DNA of 64,000 bases from the human T2T-CHM13v2.0 reference genome, Homo sapiens, in assembly GCF_009914755.1 (NCBI RefSeq), contig NC_060933.1. One strand, given 5' to 3'. A program made the translations under genes and the position numbers. Below are positions 34,023 to 57,878 of the stretch, piece by piece. Each line of letters opens with the position of its first letter. The stretch's first letter is position 1. The notes beneath the pieces were generated by a model. It saw nothing but the letters and a program-made list of their open reading frames with translations. It searched no databases and was not told the origin of the DNA.

Positions 34023-34678
34023 AAATTTGAAATATAAGGCCCTGCAAAGACTTTAGCATTTCAGATATTCAAGGAGATGCTGAAACCATGGCCTCATGCT
34101 CTTCACCTTAACTTCAGTCATAGGGCTGAAGTTCTGCATGGGCGTTCCAGTAGATAAATCCCATGGGGAGGCAGCATTAATTGACACCAGCCAGACCCAG
34201 ATTCCATTCCATACCATCCTGAAAACATGGCTCCATAGAGTTATGCGTTGCCTTGATTTTGTAACACCTTCATTTCTTAAAAACACTTGGATCCTTTTTT
34301 TAATACAATGAGTTAAAATTATTTAGATTTCAAAATTTGGAAACACCTTTTAGTAAAGTGAAAGCACCCTGGGCTTTTTGTAAATTTAGAGATGAGGATG
34401 CAGAAATTTCTGCATTATTTATTATTTGTATTAGCAGGAAACTCCCAAAAGAAGAAAACTCATCTAATGGGGTTGAGAGGATAAGTGCTTAGCAAGGGCT
34501 GGGTAGCCTTCTGCCCTAGTGTTCCCCTAATGCCCTACAGCTTGTGTTGCAGACCATTCTAATTTCACTCACACTTTTCTAATCCCCCCAATTAAAATTA
34601 CCCAAAGGAATTACTTCTTTGCTCTCAAAGAGAAAAAAATGCAATATCCCTTTTGAGACATAAATAATAATAAGCAGG

Positions 34679-36150
<1,472 letters not shown>

Positions 36151-36303
36151 ATACATTTAGCACTATGTATTGACTGCCTACCAGGTGGAGTCCCCTCTTG
36201 AAGGCATTAGGAAGTTAATAGTGACCACAGAGGGTCTCTCTGGTTTGGAGCTTAGATTCTGGTAGCAGGGACAGATGATGAGCAGATAAATAAGATAACA
36301 TCA

Positions 36304-36651
<348 letters not shown>

Positions 36652-36837
36652 TCAGGGAATGCTTCAGAGAGGGTGTTCAGGAAGGAATTCCATGAAGAGG
36701 TGGCATTTTTAGTTGAAATTTGAATGAAAAGGAGCCAGCTCCGCAAAGATGAGTTTCCCCCTCCAGGCTAATGGAACGGCTAGTACAATGCCTGACGTGA
36801 GAAAAATCCATGTATTTGAGGAATAAGAACTAGGACA

Positions 36838-37200
<363 letters not shown>

Positions 37201-38799
37201 TCAGAGCAACCAGAAGCCATTGCACAGATTTAGGAAACAGAGTTCTATACTCTGAATTATGCTTTTAAAAGGCCACTGGATGCTGAGGGAAGATGTCCTT
37301 CTGGGGGTGGGATGGAGGGTGGGTGTGACAACTGAAGCAAGGGCAGCCAGGATACTGAAGTCATCCCTGCAGAGGCCACAGGATCAGTCCTTGGCCTTCT
37401 CTCATTTCTGCCTGTGCTCACTCTCAGCTCACTCTGTGCTGCAATCAACAGCCTTGCGCTCACCCTAGAAGCAGAATTGCTGGCCAGAACATAGATTCAT
37501 ACGTCTTTATGCTAGATATTGTCAGATTTGCCTTCATTTTGCATTCACGCCAACAACACGTGAGCATGTTCGTTTTCCCACTGCCTTAGCAGTAAAGCAT
37601 GTTGTCAAGCTTTGGGACTTTTGCCACCCAGTAGGTAAGAAGTAGCATCCAATGTTGTTTTAAGTTTAAATTATCTTATCAGCCAGGTTGGAGAGATTTT
37701 CTTAAGCCTAAGAGCTATTTTCACTGTTTTCTTTGTGAATTTTCTCTCTCCTGCCCGTTTTTCTATGTGGTTTTTGGTCTTTCCCTTCTCTGTATTTAGA
37801 GATGGTTTCAGGACTCTGATTAGTCAGAAATTCGACCTGCTCACTCTGTCCTTCATGGTCATTGATTATCTCTTCAGGTGTGTCTGATCATTGTTAAGTC
37901 AGCCCATTGTGGTTTTTATTTTAATGACCTTAACTTCATTTCTAAAAGTTCCTTTTCTTTTTTGCAAAACTGAGGCTTTTCTTCTTATGGTTCTCTGCTC
38001 CATGCAGATATTTTTAATTTTGACTTTCTTTACCTCAGCATAATTGTCTTATGATCTGGCTTTAACAATTCCAGTACCTACATCAGCCTTTCTGTTGCTG
38101 TCTCCTCTCTCTGGTAGGTCTCACTCATGGTGCCCTGTTTCCTTGTGTGCTTGATAATTTTCACCTGTGCACATCCCATTTTGCTTGGAAATTTCTCTGT
38201 GAGGTTTTCTGATGAAGCTGTATTCCTCCATAGAGGAGGTGGTTTTGCTTCTACCAGATACCTAGAGGAACTTCCAATTTGGAAAATTAAATTCATGGCT
38301 AAATTCATAGTTTTCTAAACCATGCAGGTGAAGTGAATTTGGTCTGCCATGACACCCCACCCTGGCCTGTGTTGATAAACCCATAGGACGGTTCTCTGGC
38401 CATCTCCACCCACCACCACCTCCTCTGCTCAGTGCCAAGGTGCATTTCCTTGTAGTCCGGGAGCATGTTTCTTCTGGACCACGGTTACCCTGAGGATGTA
38501 GAAACCTTTTGGGACCCCGGCCTTATGGAATGTTCATCTATTAGACTCTTCCTGACCTTCATTTCTGTCCCATACCATCACCACTGAAGCTCCCCATCAC
38601 CCCGTCCAGCAAATGCAGGGCTTATGTGGCTTCAGTGCTCAATTTACCTCTCTGTATTGCTGCTTTCTCTTATACTGAAATTTTTGACTATCTTAATAGG
38701 TTTAATGCTTTTAATAAGCTCTTTGAGAATATCTCTTCTGCCCACAAAAACATGGATAAATCATATTTTGTCAAGCAAAAGAAGTCACAGAAAAGTACT

Positions 38800-39315
38800 G
38801 CATTAGTTATCTATTCTGTATAACAAATTAACCCAAAACTTAGTTGCCTAAACAATGCCATGTATTATCTCATGATTTCTGTGGGTCAGGAATCCAGGCA
38901 TGGATCAACTGGATCCTCTAGCTCAAGGTCTTTCACAGGTGGCAATAAAGTCCAGCCAGGTGGCCGTCATCTCCAGGCTCACCTGGGGAAACAGCAGCCC
39001 AGTCACTTGTTTGTTGCAGGATCCGGTTGCTCCTCCTTTGTTCCTTGCTGTGTGGGCCTCCTCACAGGGCAGCTCCCAAGAGCAGCTTGCTTCATCAGAT
39101 CTAGCCAGTGAGAAGAATCAGACAGAGAGAGAAGGCAGAAGCCACACTCTTGTAATCTGATCTCGGAAGGGCCATTCCATCACTTTAGCTGCATTCTGTG
39201 CATTAGAAGCAAGTTCCTAGATCCACTCCATATTCAAAGGGAAAAGATCACACAAGGGAGTGAACATAGCGGGTGGGGATCATTGAGATCCATTATAGAA
39301 ACTGCCTTCTACATG
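38800..39315. mobile_element. MLT1-family LTR
   Basis: attagttatctattctgtataacaaattaacccaaaacttag...tctgtgggtcaggaatccaggcatgg. Confidence 0.65.
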
Positions 39316-39819
39316 TACATACCATAGGATGTTATTTATAGGAAGTTAAAGAACAGGCAAACATAATCTTCAGTAAAATAAAATCAGAACACTTGTTGCC
39401 TGGTAGAGGTGAAGGGATTGGCTAGAAGGGTCATAGGGAACTTTTCTGGTTGATTAAGATGTTCTATATTTTGATAAGCAATGTGTTCGGAAGGGCATGC
39501 CTTAATCAAAACTCACTGGACTGTACACTTTTAAGCTCTGTGCAATTTATTGCATGTAAATTATCTGGAAACTTCAAACAAATTTTATCCTGCAGTTATT
39601 CTTTGGATGGTGGATAATTTAGACTTCCGTTACCAGAACTGTAAGCCGCAATTCATTTGTGTGCTTGGTCACAGACCAAGATTTCCCCACTTTTACTTTT
39701 CAGCATCAAAAACTATATCCAACCCCATGTAATAGATTGAGAAATTACATACCAATATCTGACTGTGAATTCAGCAAAGCTTTTAAATAAATGTGTATTT
39801 TTCTATTTGCAAGATGCTA

Positions 39820-40515
<696 letters not shown>

Positions 40516-40850
40516 AGAGTACATGGGAGCGTTTAAAAATTAAATTCTTCAACGTGGAGACATGTTATTTCCCCAGCATATGTTTGCTGTTGTTTTCTGC
40601 TCCACTTGAGAAATGTGACTGAATGACTGATATTATTATAGCAATAACATTAATGCCGATGTAAAACTTCTAAATACATGATTTTCAAAACTCAATAAAT
40701 AGTAACCAGAAAAAAAAATTCTTACCATACATCTAGCAACTCTGCATAGTTGCTAAGCAGAGAAAAACAGTTTGAGAACTGGATCTCCAAAACAGGGATC
40801 ATAAACTCAGATGCTCACAGTGGTGGAAGGCAGGTGATGTAAGTCCATGA

Positions 40851-41176
<326 letters not shown>

Positions 41177-41985
41177 TTGTGCTACACTTTTCCCTACAGA
41201 CACAGAGCAGGTATAATGTTCACTTCCACAGACAAATGCACTCTCTTTCATTGTCTTTGAAATCTTGTCTCTCTTGATTTAGCTTTTATTTTCTTGTTTT
41301 CCTCTCAGCTCTACTTTAGGAAATGACACTACAAACACCCTGAAGGATAGAGACTGACCCTAAGCCTCCACTCGTGGGACATAGAGAACAGGGAACATGG
41401 AGAACATGAAACAGAAACTGTCCACTCCACCCAGCTCCAGCTGTCCTGTGGAACTGTGGCCTAGTAGGCAAATTGTGATTTTTTTTAAGTGATAAAAAAA
41501 ATCCAGTTTCTAATAAGACATGTCTCCATTTTTATAAAAAATGTTATGAAAATAACAACTGGAATATAAAGCAACAAACTCCGAAACCATGTTAACACCG
41601 CATAGACAAAATAAAACACATCTGCAGCCCTCCAAGGGCCCGTGGATGAAAGGTCTGAGGCTTCAGATTAAGGAGGTGAATTAACTTAGTTAAGTGCAGT
41701 GTGCATGTACTTGGTGGGGCAGTGGGGCTGGGATTGAAGTGGGTGAGGAGACAGTGAACAGAATGCAATAACCAAGTTCACTGAGTACCCTCTCCACAAC
41801 ACTACAGTAAAGCTAGGAGGAGCAGAGGCAAGAACAAATATGGAAAAGCTGGTAGCACTGAGAAAACACATAAAGTCAGTAAACCAAGCTTGATATGGGT
41901 CCAAACAAGGCCTTAGATGCAGGACATAAGGGAGCAACTCAAAGGTCAAAGAACATCTTGAAGTAACAGACATGAGCAGAAAATT

Positions 41986-42342
<357 letters not shown>

Positions 42343-44254
42343 TTATTAGAAATGTCAACTGAATGAGTAAAATACTACATACACATAAGCTAGTAAATAG
42401 AGCATCAGGCTCGCATGCAGTGCTCATGAGGTTGCAATGGAACTGAGACTCTCCTCCGTGCCTCCGTGGTGTAGATTAAACAGCAGAGGCTTTCTGAAAT
42501 ACACTCTGTACACAGCTTCCCAGGGGAAGGGGAATCTTTTGGGGGTCATGGAAATGTTTTAAAACTGTATTGGGGTGATGGTTGCACAGCTCTATAAATT
42601 AACCCCCAAATCATTAAACTGTACACTTAAAATTGCTGGTCTTTAAGATATTTAAATAATACCTCGATCAAGCTGTTTTTTTAAAACTGGCAGAGCTAGG
42701 ACGTGGCCCCAGGCCGTCTGATTCCAGAGGCTGTCATCACACAACTTCTGCCCACCTCCACCATCACAACAGGAGAATAAGGCACCTTTAGAAAGTCCAG
42801 CCATCCCGATGTCAGCAGCTTCCTTGGTTGGTTTCCTTGATAAAATGCACAAGGACTGGATGATCTTATTCAACTCTCAAGGTGACCCCATCCACCCTGC
42901 TCTTCAAGCCAGTACCCCAAGTTTGAGATGAAAATGCAAGAACAAGTCAGTCTAGAAGAATTGTTCTGAACTAAGGTTCCCAAATCACTAGAGAGTTCCT
43001 GAAAACAAGAATGGCCATCCTCAAGTCATTTTCAGTATCCCCCAAAAGTCAAATTTTCAGAAGACTTTTCTATCACAAAGCTGTAAGGATTAAGACAGTC
43101 ATCAACTCTCCGTACTTTTGGCTAGAATTAACTCCAGTCAGCTGGTTAGTAACATCAGCTATCTCATGTCAACCAGAAATTCTAATTGGGAATCACACAG
43201 TTTTGACAAATACAAAATACAGATTGTGCACAAGTACAATTTTATGTTTTGAAGGTTTTTTCAAAGTGTTGGCCTGAGGGAGCACTAACCAGGGGGTGCT
43301 GGGGTTGAAAGAGTGGGAAACCCCCTGGAGGAGAGCGCTAAGGGATTGGTTCCTACTTTTGGATCTCACAGAACGGGTACTCAGTAAATGGTAGTTGTCA
43401 TTAACAGTATTGCTATTGCAGATGTGATCACATTTAACAAAACCTGGAGGAGCAAGCATTTCTATAATTGTGAGTGGCTAGCAATGGCAGAAAGGGTGTG
43501 CAGTCTCAGCCCATCAATAAAAAGGGTCCTTCTACCAGCTGATCAAGGACACCCTGGGAGTCTAGAAGATGGGATAAATACTCGCTTCTTGCTCCCATCC
43601 AACTACCTTTCAAGGCCTGCTTGGCCTCCGTTCAGCTCATCATTGCTAGCTGTCCCTATCCTATGAAGTTCCCGTTCGTAAACATCCTACACAGAAACCC
43701 AACTCTATCTTGCTAATATGCAGGCTCTCTCATGCCAGGGGTGAACATGTGGAGGCACAAAGAAGAAGAGAGCAGGGAACCACACCCTGTCAAATAAACT
43801 CTCATGAATATTCCAAGTTTAGTTTACTTAAGAAGAGAGAATTTCGCCTTCATTTACGTTTTACGTTAAGAGAAATTCATTGAAGAAAAACAACATCCTG
43901 AAGCTTGCCCTTTGATTATATGGTCTATTCATTCATTCAACAAGGATCTTTCTGTATGCACCGTGTACCAGGCCTTGTTCTACTCAATTTAGAGTTTTTA
44001 GAGCCAGCTTTATGGGCATAAACTCCACTTCAGGAATCACGTCTTTCTGTCCCAGAATCAGTGAAAAGCCAAATAGCAACAAGCTTTTCTGTAGCAGGTG
44101 CTTACTAATGTTTCTTTCTATTCTTTTTCAGGGTAATTTATTCTTATCTATACTGAAAATGTTTATTAAACTAAGGCTCACCACACAAAGTAAGCTACAT
44201 AGTTTACTCAAGAAAGATAACCAGGGGAAAAGAAAGAGGTTTTGGAGCTGCCAG

Positions 44255-44445
44255 AGCTGTGTTATCCAAATCACTAACCACTGGCCATATGTGGTTATTT
44301 AAATTTTAATTTGATTTCATTTAATTTAAAATTCAGCTCTTCAGTTGCACTAGCCATTCCAGGTGGTCAATAACCACATGTATTGAACAGCACAGATTTA
44401 AACACATCCCTCAGTGCAGAAAGTTTTACTGAACAGTGCCGATCA
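44255..44445. mobile_element. MER3-like hAT-Charlie remnant
   Basis: ccactggccatatgtggttatttaaatt...aaaattcagctcttcagttgcactagcca. Confidence 0.65.
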
Positions 44446-44701
44446 GACCTTTGTGAGCCATTTTGCTTCCAAATGCATACAGTTACCAGAGCTTATAAAC
44501 CTCATCACTAAAACTAAAATATATAAGAGGAATATTTATGTTTAGAACATGGTTTCTAGAACTTTATTGATATCACTGAGTTAATAACAGGGTTTTCTCA
44601 GATCCTGGGGTGGAGGGAGGAGATGAATATGACTGTGTTCCTTATGTAACTCTGTCTACTCTTCCTTATGAGGGCATGCCAGACACAGCAGTATTCCTAA
44701 G

Positions 44702-45066
44702 TGTAGTATTCTGTTCTCATGCTGCTAATAAAGACATACCCTAGACTGGGTGATTTATAAAGGAAAGAAGTTTAATTGACTCAGAGTTCCACATGGCTGG
44801 GGAGGCCTCACAATCGTGGCAGAAGGCGAAGGAGGAGCAAAGTCACATCTTACATGGCAGCAGGCAAGAGAGTGTGTGCAGGGGGATCTCTGCTTTATAA
44901 AACCATCACATCTTGTGAGACTTACTCATTATCATGAGAACAGCAAGAGAAAGACCCACCCCCATGATTCAATTACTTCCCACCAGGTCCCTCCCGTGGC
45001 ATGTGGGAATTATGGGAGCTATAATTCAAGATGAGATTTGGGTGGGGACACAGCCAAACCATATCA
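44702..45066 (-). mobile_element. THE1 (MaLR) solo LTR
   Basis: Minus strand starts TGATATGGTTTGGCTGTGTCCCCACCCAAATCTCATC. About 365 bp with 5-bp TSD ctaag/ctaaa. Confidence 0.92.
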
Positions 45067-45119
45067 CTAAATATGCATAATGAAGTCAGACTTAATGTCA
45101 TGCCTATAAAACACTCTAT

Positions 45120-46790
<1,671 letters not shown>

Positions 46791-46794
46791 CTTT

Positions 46795-47441
46795 GTGTTA
46801 ATTTGGACAACTACAATGTTTAAGGGCACACAGCCCCCATGGGACCACCCTCATTTCTGATACTAGCTGCAAGTTTGAGGAGTTCTCAAAAACAGCCTCA
46901 GTTTTGATCATTTGGTAGGACTCATAGACCTCACAGAAAGCTGTTATACTTGTGGTTACCGCTTATTATGAGGAAAGAATACAGATTAAAATGAGCCAAG
47001 AAAAGCATTGGATTGGACAGTGTGTGGGCAAGTGCCAAATGTAGAGCTTCCATTGTCTTCTCTCACAGAATCAAGACACATCATTACCTTTCCAGCAACA
47101 ATGTGTGACAATATGCACGGAGTATTGCCAACCCGGGAAACTCAATCAAGCCTCAGTGTTCAGAGTTTTTATTAGGGCTTCATTACATAAACTTCACTGA
47201 TTGCCCACATGGCTGATCTCTGTCTCCAGACTCCCCAGGTATCACCCAAAGCCTTCACCCTAAACCACCCTGTTGGTCTTTCTGGTGTAGCCAGCCCCCA
47301 TCTGAAATCACATTGTTAGACTATCTAATGTAACCCAAGGTCCCCAGGCAAACAAAGACACTCCTCTTTGGCATGATATTCCAAGAAGCTTAGGGCAAAG
47401 ACCAGACATCTTTTTGGGCAAGATTAAATTCTTTACTGCAC
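46795..47441. mobile_element. MER21-like LTR
   Basis: gaccaccctcatttctgatactagctgcaagtttgagg...aaattctttactgcaca. Confidence 0.65.
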
Positions 47442-47692
47442 AGGCTGCGTCCTCCCTGGGCAGCCTCTCTGAGCCACTCGTCTGGGTGCTGGACAGGGTG
47501 GTAGCCTCTGGTCTTGTCAGATCATCTCTCCCCAGTGTGGAACAGCCTTCCAAGTGAGCTGGGGCAAGGGTAATGGGGACCCCAGTATTTGTGGCCTGCT
47601 GTACTTGAGGTAGAGCCTGCATCTAATGGGTAGGGGCTTGGTAGAGAGGGCCCTAGCCCCTCAGCTGCACTCACCAGGAATTGAGCATCTCT

Positions 47693-47970
47693 GGCTGGGC
47701 ATGGTGGTTCACACCTGTAATCACAGCACTTTGGGAGGCCAAGGCAGGAGGATCACTTGAGGCCAGCCTAGGCAACATAGAAAGATCCCATCTCTACTAA
47801 AATACAACAATTAGCCAGGTGTAATGGTGTGTCCCTGTGGTCTCAGCTACTTAGGAGGCTGAGGAGGGCAGATCACTTGAGCCTGGGAGGCAGTGGTTGC
47901 AGTGAGCTGAGATAATGCCACTGTACTCCTGCCTGGGCAACAGAGCCAGACCCTGTCTTCAAAAAAAAAG
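47693..47970 (+). mobile_element. AluJ
   Basis: Diverged Alu. Confidence 0.85.
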
Positions 47971-47984
47971 ATTTTTAAAAATAA

Positions 47985-48470
47985 AGATACAAGCATGTGT
48001 ATGTTCACTGCAGCACTATTCACAACAGCAAAAACATGGAATCAACCCAAATGCCCATCTATGATAGACTGGATAAAGAAAACATGGTACATACACACCA
48101 CGGAATACTATGCAGCCATCAAAAGGAACGAGATCATGTCCATTGCAGGGACATGGATGGAGCTAGAAGCCATTATCCTCAGCAAACTAACACAGGAACA
48201 GAAAACCAAACACTGCATGTTTTCACTTATAAGTGGGAGCTGAACAATGAGAATACATGGACACAGGGAGGGGAACAACACACACTGGGGCCTGTTAGGG
48301 GGGTGCGGGAGAGGGAGCATCAGGATAAATAGCTAATGCATGTGGGGCTTAATACCTAGGTGATAGGTTGATAGGTGCAGCAAACCACCAGGGCACACAT
48401 TTACCTATGTAACAAACCTGCACATCCTGCACATGTATCCCAGAACTTAAAATTACAAATTAAATTTTTA
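47985..48470 (+). mobile_element. L1PA-type 3' end (ORF2 C-terminus and 3' UTR)
   Basis: MFTAALFTTAKTWNQPKCPSMIDWIKKTWYIHTTEYYAAIKRNE...LISGS followed by the primate L1 3' UTR. Confidence 0.9.
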
Positions 48471-48834
48471 AAAAATAGCATCTTCAACTTAGATGGGATG
48501 AGAATTCAGGTGGTCTTCTCCCAGTTGGATCCAATTCCCCAGGAACCGAGAAGAGAATGACCCCTTTTTGGCTATGCCCACCTGAGGCAGAACTTCCACC
48601 AAGTCGAGCTGGGAGAAGGAAAAGAGAGGAGTGGGGTCAATTCTCAAATGCCACGGCTGCCTATCGTTCTTACCAAGTGTTAGTAGGTTTACCTGAATCA
48701 ATGTTTCCTCATTTGCCCTTATAATGTCTGGAGACTGTAATTACTTCTCTTTTTATAGTTTTTGCCAGCTTTGCTTGTTTCACAGAAGAATGAGTCCACA
48801 GGACTCCTCACGCTGCCATCTGACCTTTTCATAG

Positions 48835-49441
<607 letters not shown>

Positions 49442-49911
49442 AGATCCTTATTTTTCTTTTATGCCATGGACCACAATGGCAGTCTAGTCACAGCCTCCTT
49501 CTTTGAATAATATTTTTAAATGCACAAAATTAAATACATAGAATTATAACGGAAACCAATTACCAAAAACCAGATACACACTATTTTTAATGTGATGTAC
49601 TGAAAATATGCCTCTTTATGAACATATTAAATAACAAGAACCAATGGAGGGTCTAACAACTAGTAAATGACAAGTAGGGTATAAATGGTTTTTCTGTGAA
49701 ACCCATAATGCAATATGCAAATATCTTTAATTCTATTGGTAACAAAGTTACAGGTACAGCTAATACTACTGTGGTTTCTCCTACATTCAAATGGAAAGAA
49801 ATGCTAAATGTTGGTTAGAGGTTAGGGAAAATCCGGATGTATTCTTTCCCTAGCTGTGTGCACCAGCTCACTAAATCTTGTCCATGAACTCCAGGTTAAG
49901 AATCCCTACTA

Positions 49912-50210
<299 letters not shown>

Positions 50211-50565
50211 AGGGGGGGAAGATGGTCTGGACCAACAGCCTGGGGTGGCTGGTGCTTTTCAAATCCCCTGGGATAAATGCAGGTTCTGATTCAGTGAATG
50301 TTCCCTGACAGTCTGCATTTCTAAGAGCCCCCAAGTTACCAATGCCACTTCTGGTGAAGGGACCACAGATTGCAGACAAAAGCCTCAGGGCTTATCCTGG
50401 TGACGACTTTGGCCTGGAGGTGCCTTTTTTGTGTGTGTGCCTGAGGGCACAAAAAATATATATTTCACTCTTCTCTAAACTAGGTCCTATTATTTAATCA
50501 ACCTCAGCTGTGAAAAAGCTCCAATGCTTGAGATATACTTTATATATATATAAAGTATTAAAACA

Positions 50566-50863
<298 letters not shown>

Positions 50864-51450
50864 TTAAAACAGCAAGAAATAGTCCAAGTTAACAAATGGT
50901 GTAACTGTTATTTGTAGTACCATGGCAAGAGGTGTGCAAAATATCAAGGTAAGTAAACTAATGTTTGTGTCCCATCCACTAGTGGTTTTTACAATGTTTT
51001 TACCAGGAAAAATTATATCTGGAGACCTGGGTCACTGGACCTACATTTTTTCTTCAGCCTCGATGGGGTTTGCAGAGCCTTTCCATACCACTTCTCCACC
51101 TCCAGCACCCCCAACTAACCTTAGTTCAAAAGCCTGATTGGAGCTTCCTTCAACCTCCCTCCTCCCTTAAACCCAAGTTCTTTAGCTGTACAGCAAACAT
51201 TTCAACTTTCAACCCAGCTCCTAGGGCTGCTGGGCTGCTCTTAGGGTGCCCTCTGCTGGCCACACGTGGAAGCAAGTGTAAAAGTCTTAAAACACATCTT
51301 TAAGAATTCCAAGAATAAAAATTAAAGATTTTTTTAAAAAATTGGAAGAAAGAAGGAAATTAGTTTTTGTTTGTTTTGCTTAGCATCTTTGGTCTCTGGA
51401 ATTCAAAAAGTATGTTGATGCAACAGGAGGTAGTTAACAAAAGTTTGGAT

Positions 51451-52195
<745 letters not shown>

Positions 52196-52209
52196 ATAAA
52201 AGCGTATTG

Positions 52210-53511
<1,302 letters not shown>

Positions 53512-53940
53512 TAAAAATCCACACGATTCCTTCCTGTGTTGGCCTGCTCCAGATCTGGCTCAGCTTCTCGAAACTCAGAAAGTTGCAGCTTGCAAGGATT
53601 TAGAGATCTAGTTGAATTTTACAGATTAAAATACTAGAGGCCACAACGGGCCAAGTGACTTGGGAAAGGTCTCCCGAGTTTAATAGTAGAGACAAGATTA
53701 GTTAGTCTGGCTCCTGACTCCCAGACTGTGGCTCTATCCCGCACTCCAGTTCCAGTGGGGACACCCATTCCCACGCAGGGAGGGAAAAGGCACCCTATCC
53801 ATTTGGGCCTCCTTCCCATACACCAGGGGTTGGCGGTAGGTGAGCATGTGAGGAAATGCACCTGTGGTAAAAGCTCCTGAACAAACCTGGAGGGAGATGA
53901 GAAGAAACAAACAGGTGAGCGCTTAAATGCTAACAGGATT

Positions 53941-54950
<1,010 letters not shown>

Positions 54951-55050
54951 TTAGCTCTTCAAATCCAAACAGATGTTTTCTTCACCCACAGGTTTAGGTT
55001 TTAACTGGCTGCTCAGTGTTAAAAAGGAATATCTCAAGCCCCCTGCCATG
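54951..55050 (-). CDS. SLC35D2: SLC35D2 last coding exon (coding part 100 bp)
   Basis: Acceptor ttctcctttcag|C, encodes MAGGLRYSFLTLSSQLKPKPVGEENICLDLKS then TAA (54953-54951). Confidence 0.96.
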
Positions 55051-55706
55051 CTGAAAGGAGAAAAAAAAGTGAAAATAAATGACTGGGAATTTCACAGGGG
55101 CTCCAGCAGCAGTTGCTGGCGTTTTTATCAATACACCTGCTTCATGCGGAGGGAATTATTCCAATATCTGTGTTTCTCCTCAAGTTTGTGGATTGCTTGA
55201 TGAGAATTTCCCCTTATTTACAAGCCTTTGGAGGCAGAAAAAGAGTCATCAAATCTAATGCAGAACCTCAGAGAGAAAATAAGCACTTGGTTTCTACTGA
55301 ATAAACTACATACCCTTAGCCTTAAATAGTATCCCACTGCTGAGACCCCAAATGCCTTTCAAAGCTGGCTTAGTCCACACCCCCTGCATGCCGAGCCTAG
55401 TGGGCACAAAGGTTAACACCCTCCACTTTATAGGAGGAGGGCAGAGAACGCAGGGGCCTGCTGTGAGGAAGACAGGTGAGTTAAATTCCGATCCCAGCCC
55501 CGCAAACTGCCATCACACGTGTCCCCATGGATCTGCATGAGGATGAACCCAGTGATGAAGTAAAATTATCTTAGAAATTAGAATGTCAAAACGCCTCCTG
55601 GCTTAACGTGAAAGACTTCTCCAGGCTCTTTTGCTTATTACATATTAATCAGAGTGTTTAAGGTTCTTGTCTTCCCAAAGCGAGTCCATTAAAAATTCCC
55701 ACTCAC

Positions 55707-55789
55707 CAAATATTTAACCCTACAAAGTTTAACAAAGAGAAAATGTAGTCTCCACCGATTAATATCCCAATGTAGGCAACGGATACATT
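55707..55789 (-). CDS. SLC35D2: SLC35D2 penultimate coding exon (83 bp)
   Basis: Acceptor tttttctgcag|, encodes NVSVAYIGILIGGDYIFSLLNFVGLNI(C), donor TTG|gtgagt. Phases join both neighbouring exons in frame. Confidence 0.96.
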
Positions 55790-55945
55790 CTGCAGAAAAA
55801 GAGAGAGGATTCGTCATTTTAAAAGTAAACTGTTTAGGGGAAAATATAAATAGTAAAACCTGAAACTAGACATTTTAGTTACTTTGCATAGAGACTTGTA
55901 CATAGGGATATTCACAGGTGGTTGAACAAAATAAAAACCATTACA

Positions 55946-56245
55946 GGCCAGGAATGATGGCTCACGCCTGTAATCCCAATACTTTAGGAGGCCAAAGTCA
56001 AAGGATCACTTGAGCCCAGGAGTTTAAGACCAGCCTGGGCAACATAGTGAGATCCCATCTCTACAAAAAATTTTTTAAAAGTAGCCGGGCATGGTGGCAC
56101 ATGCCTGTAATCCCAGCTACTCCACACGGACTGAAGTGGGAGGATTGCTTGAGCCCAGGAAGTCAAGGCTGCAGTGAGCTACATGCCACTGTACTCCAGC
56201 CTGGGCAACAGAGCAAGACCCTGCCTCAGAAAAATAAATAAATAA
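55946..56245 (+). mobile_element. AluJ
   Basis: TSD ccattaca. Confidence 0.88.
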
Positions 56246-56269
56246 GCCATTACATATGGGGCTTACTAA

Positions 56270-56725
<456 letters not shown>

Positions 56726-57352
56726 TTTTTCTTTTTTTTTTTTTTTTTCAACCTTGGGCTCCCACACTACACTGCAATCTGTGGACACAACAGGGCCAAG
56801 TAGTGAGTTAATTATCTTGATCGTAAACTTGAGCAGAGTGGAGACAGTCAACAAATTCCAGGCCGTGCTCTGCCCAGTGCATTCTAGGAGACCTCTGGGC
56901 ACCCAGGGGACAGGTAAACTCTTGAAGCAGGCAGTGTTTTCACACACTCTAGGACTTCATGTGAATAGAAAAATGAAGCAATTATGGAATAGAATCCAGA
57001 ACACCTCTCCCCCTATTCATTCATGTGCATGTGTGTGTATTCAGATGCATCCACACAAGCAAACACCCACACACCAACCCACCAGCTCATGATCTCACCA
57101 CACAGCATACACCTCCACAAGGGCTCCACTTCTCAGTGGGCAGGTTCTCCCAGAAAACCAAATTATGGATCACAAGGTATCTTGCTAATCATTGATACCT
57201 GGACTGATTTTATTCTTTTTAGCTTTTTACTTCATTTTCCCAGACCCACCCCCTCTGAGCCACCCCCAACTTAAAAGTTATAATTCATCTCTCCTTTATA
57301 AATTAGCAATCTGTCCCTCTATTCTATGCAATAGATTAGAAGAAGTAAGACG

Positions 57353-57720
<368 letters not shown>

Positions 57721-57799
57721 TCAAACCCGGCCTCCCATGGAATATTTGGATTTCCATTCCTTGACTCAGTTGTTCCCTTCCAAGTTTCCATCCACTCAC

Positions 57800-57878
57800 C
57801 TTGATGGCTCCAACCACTGCTGTCGTCAGGGCTGAATTGTAATAGCTGCACAGAACCGTGGAGTACATCAGCAGAAAC
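57800..57878 (-). CDS. SLC35D2: SLC35D2 nucleotide-sugar transporter, third-last coding exon (79 bp)
   Basis: Acceptor ccttgtcacag|G, encodes [26 protein letters not shown], donor AAG|gtgagt. Confidence 0.96.
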
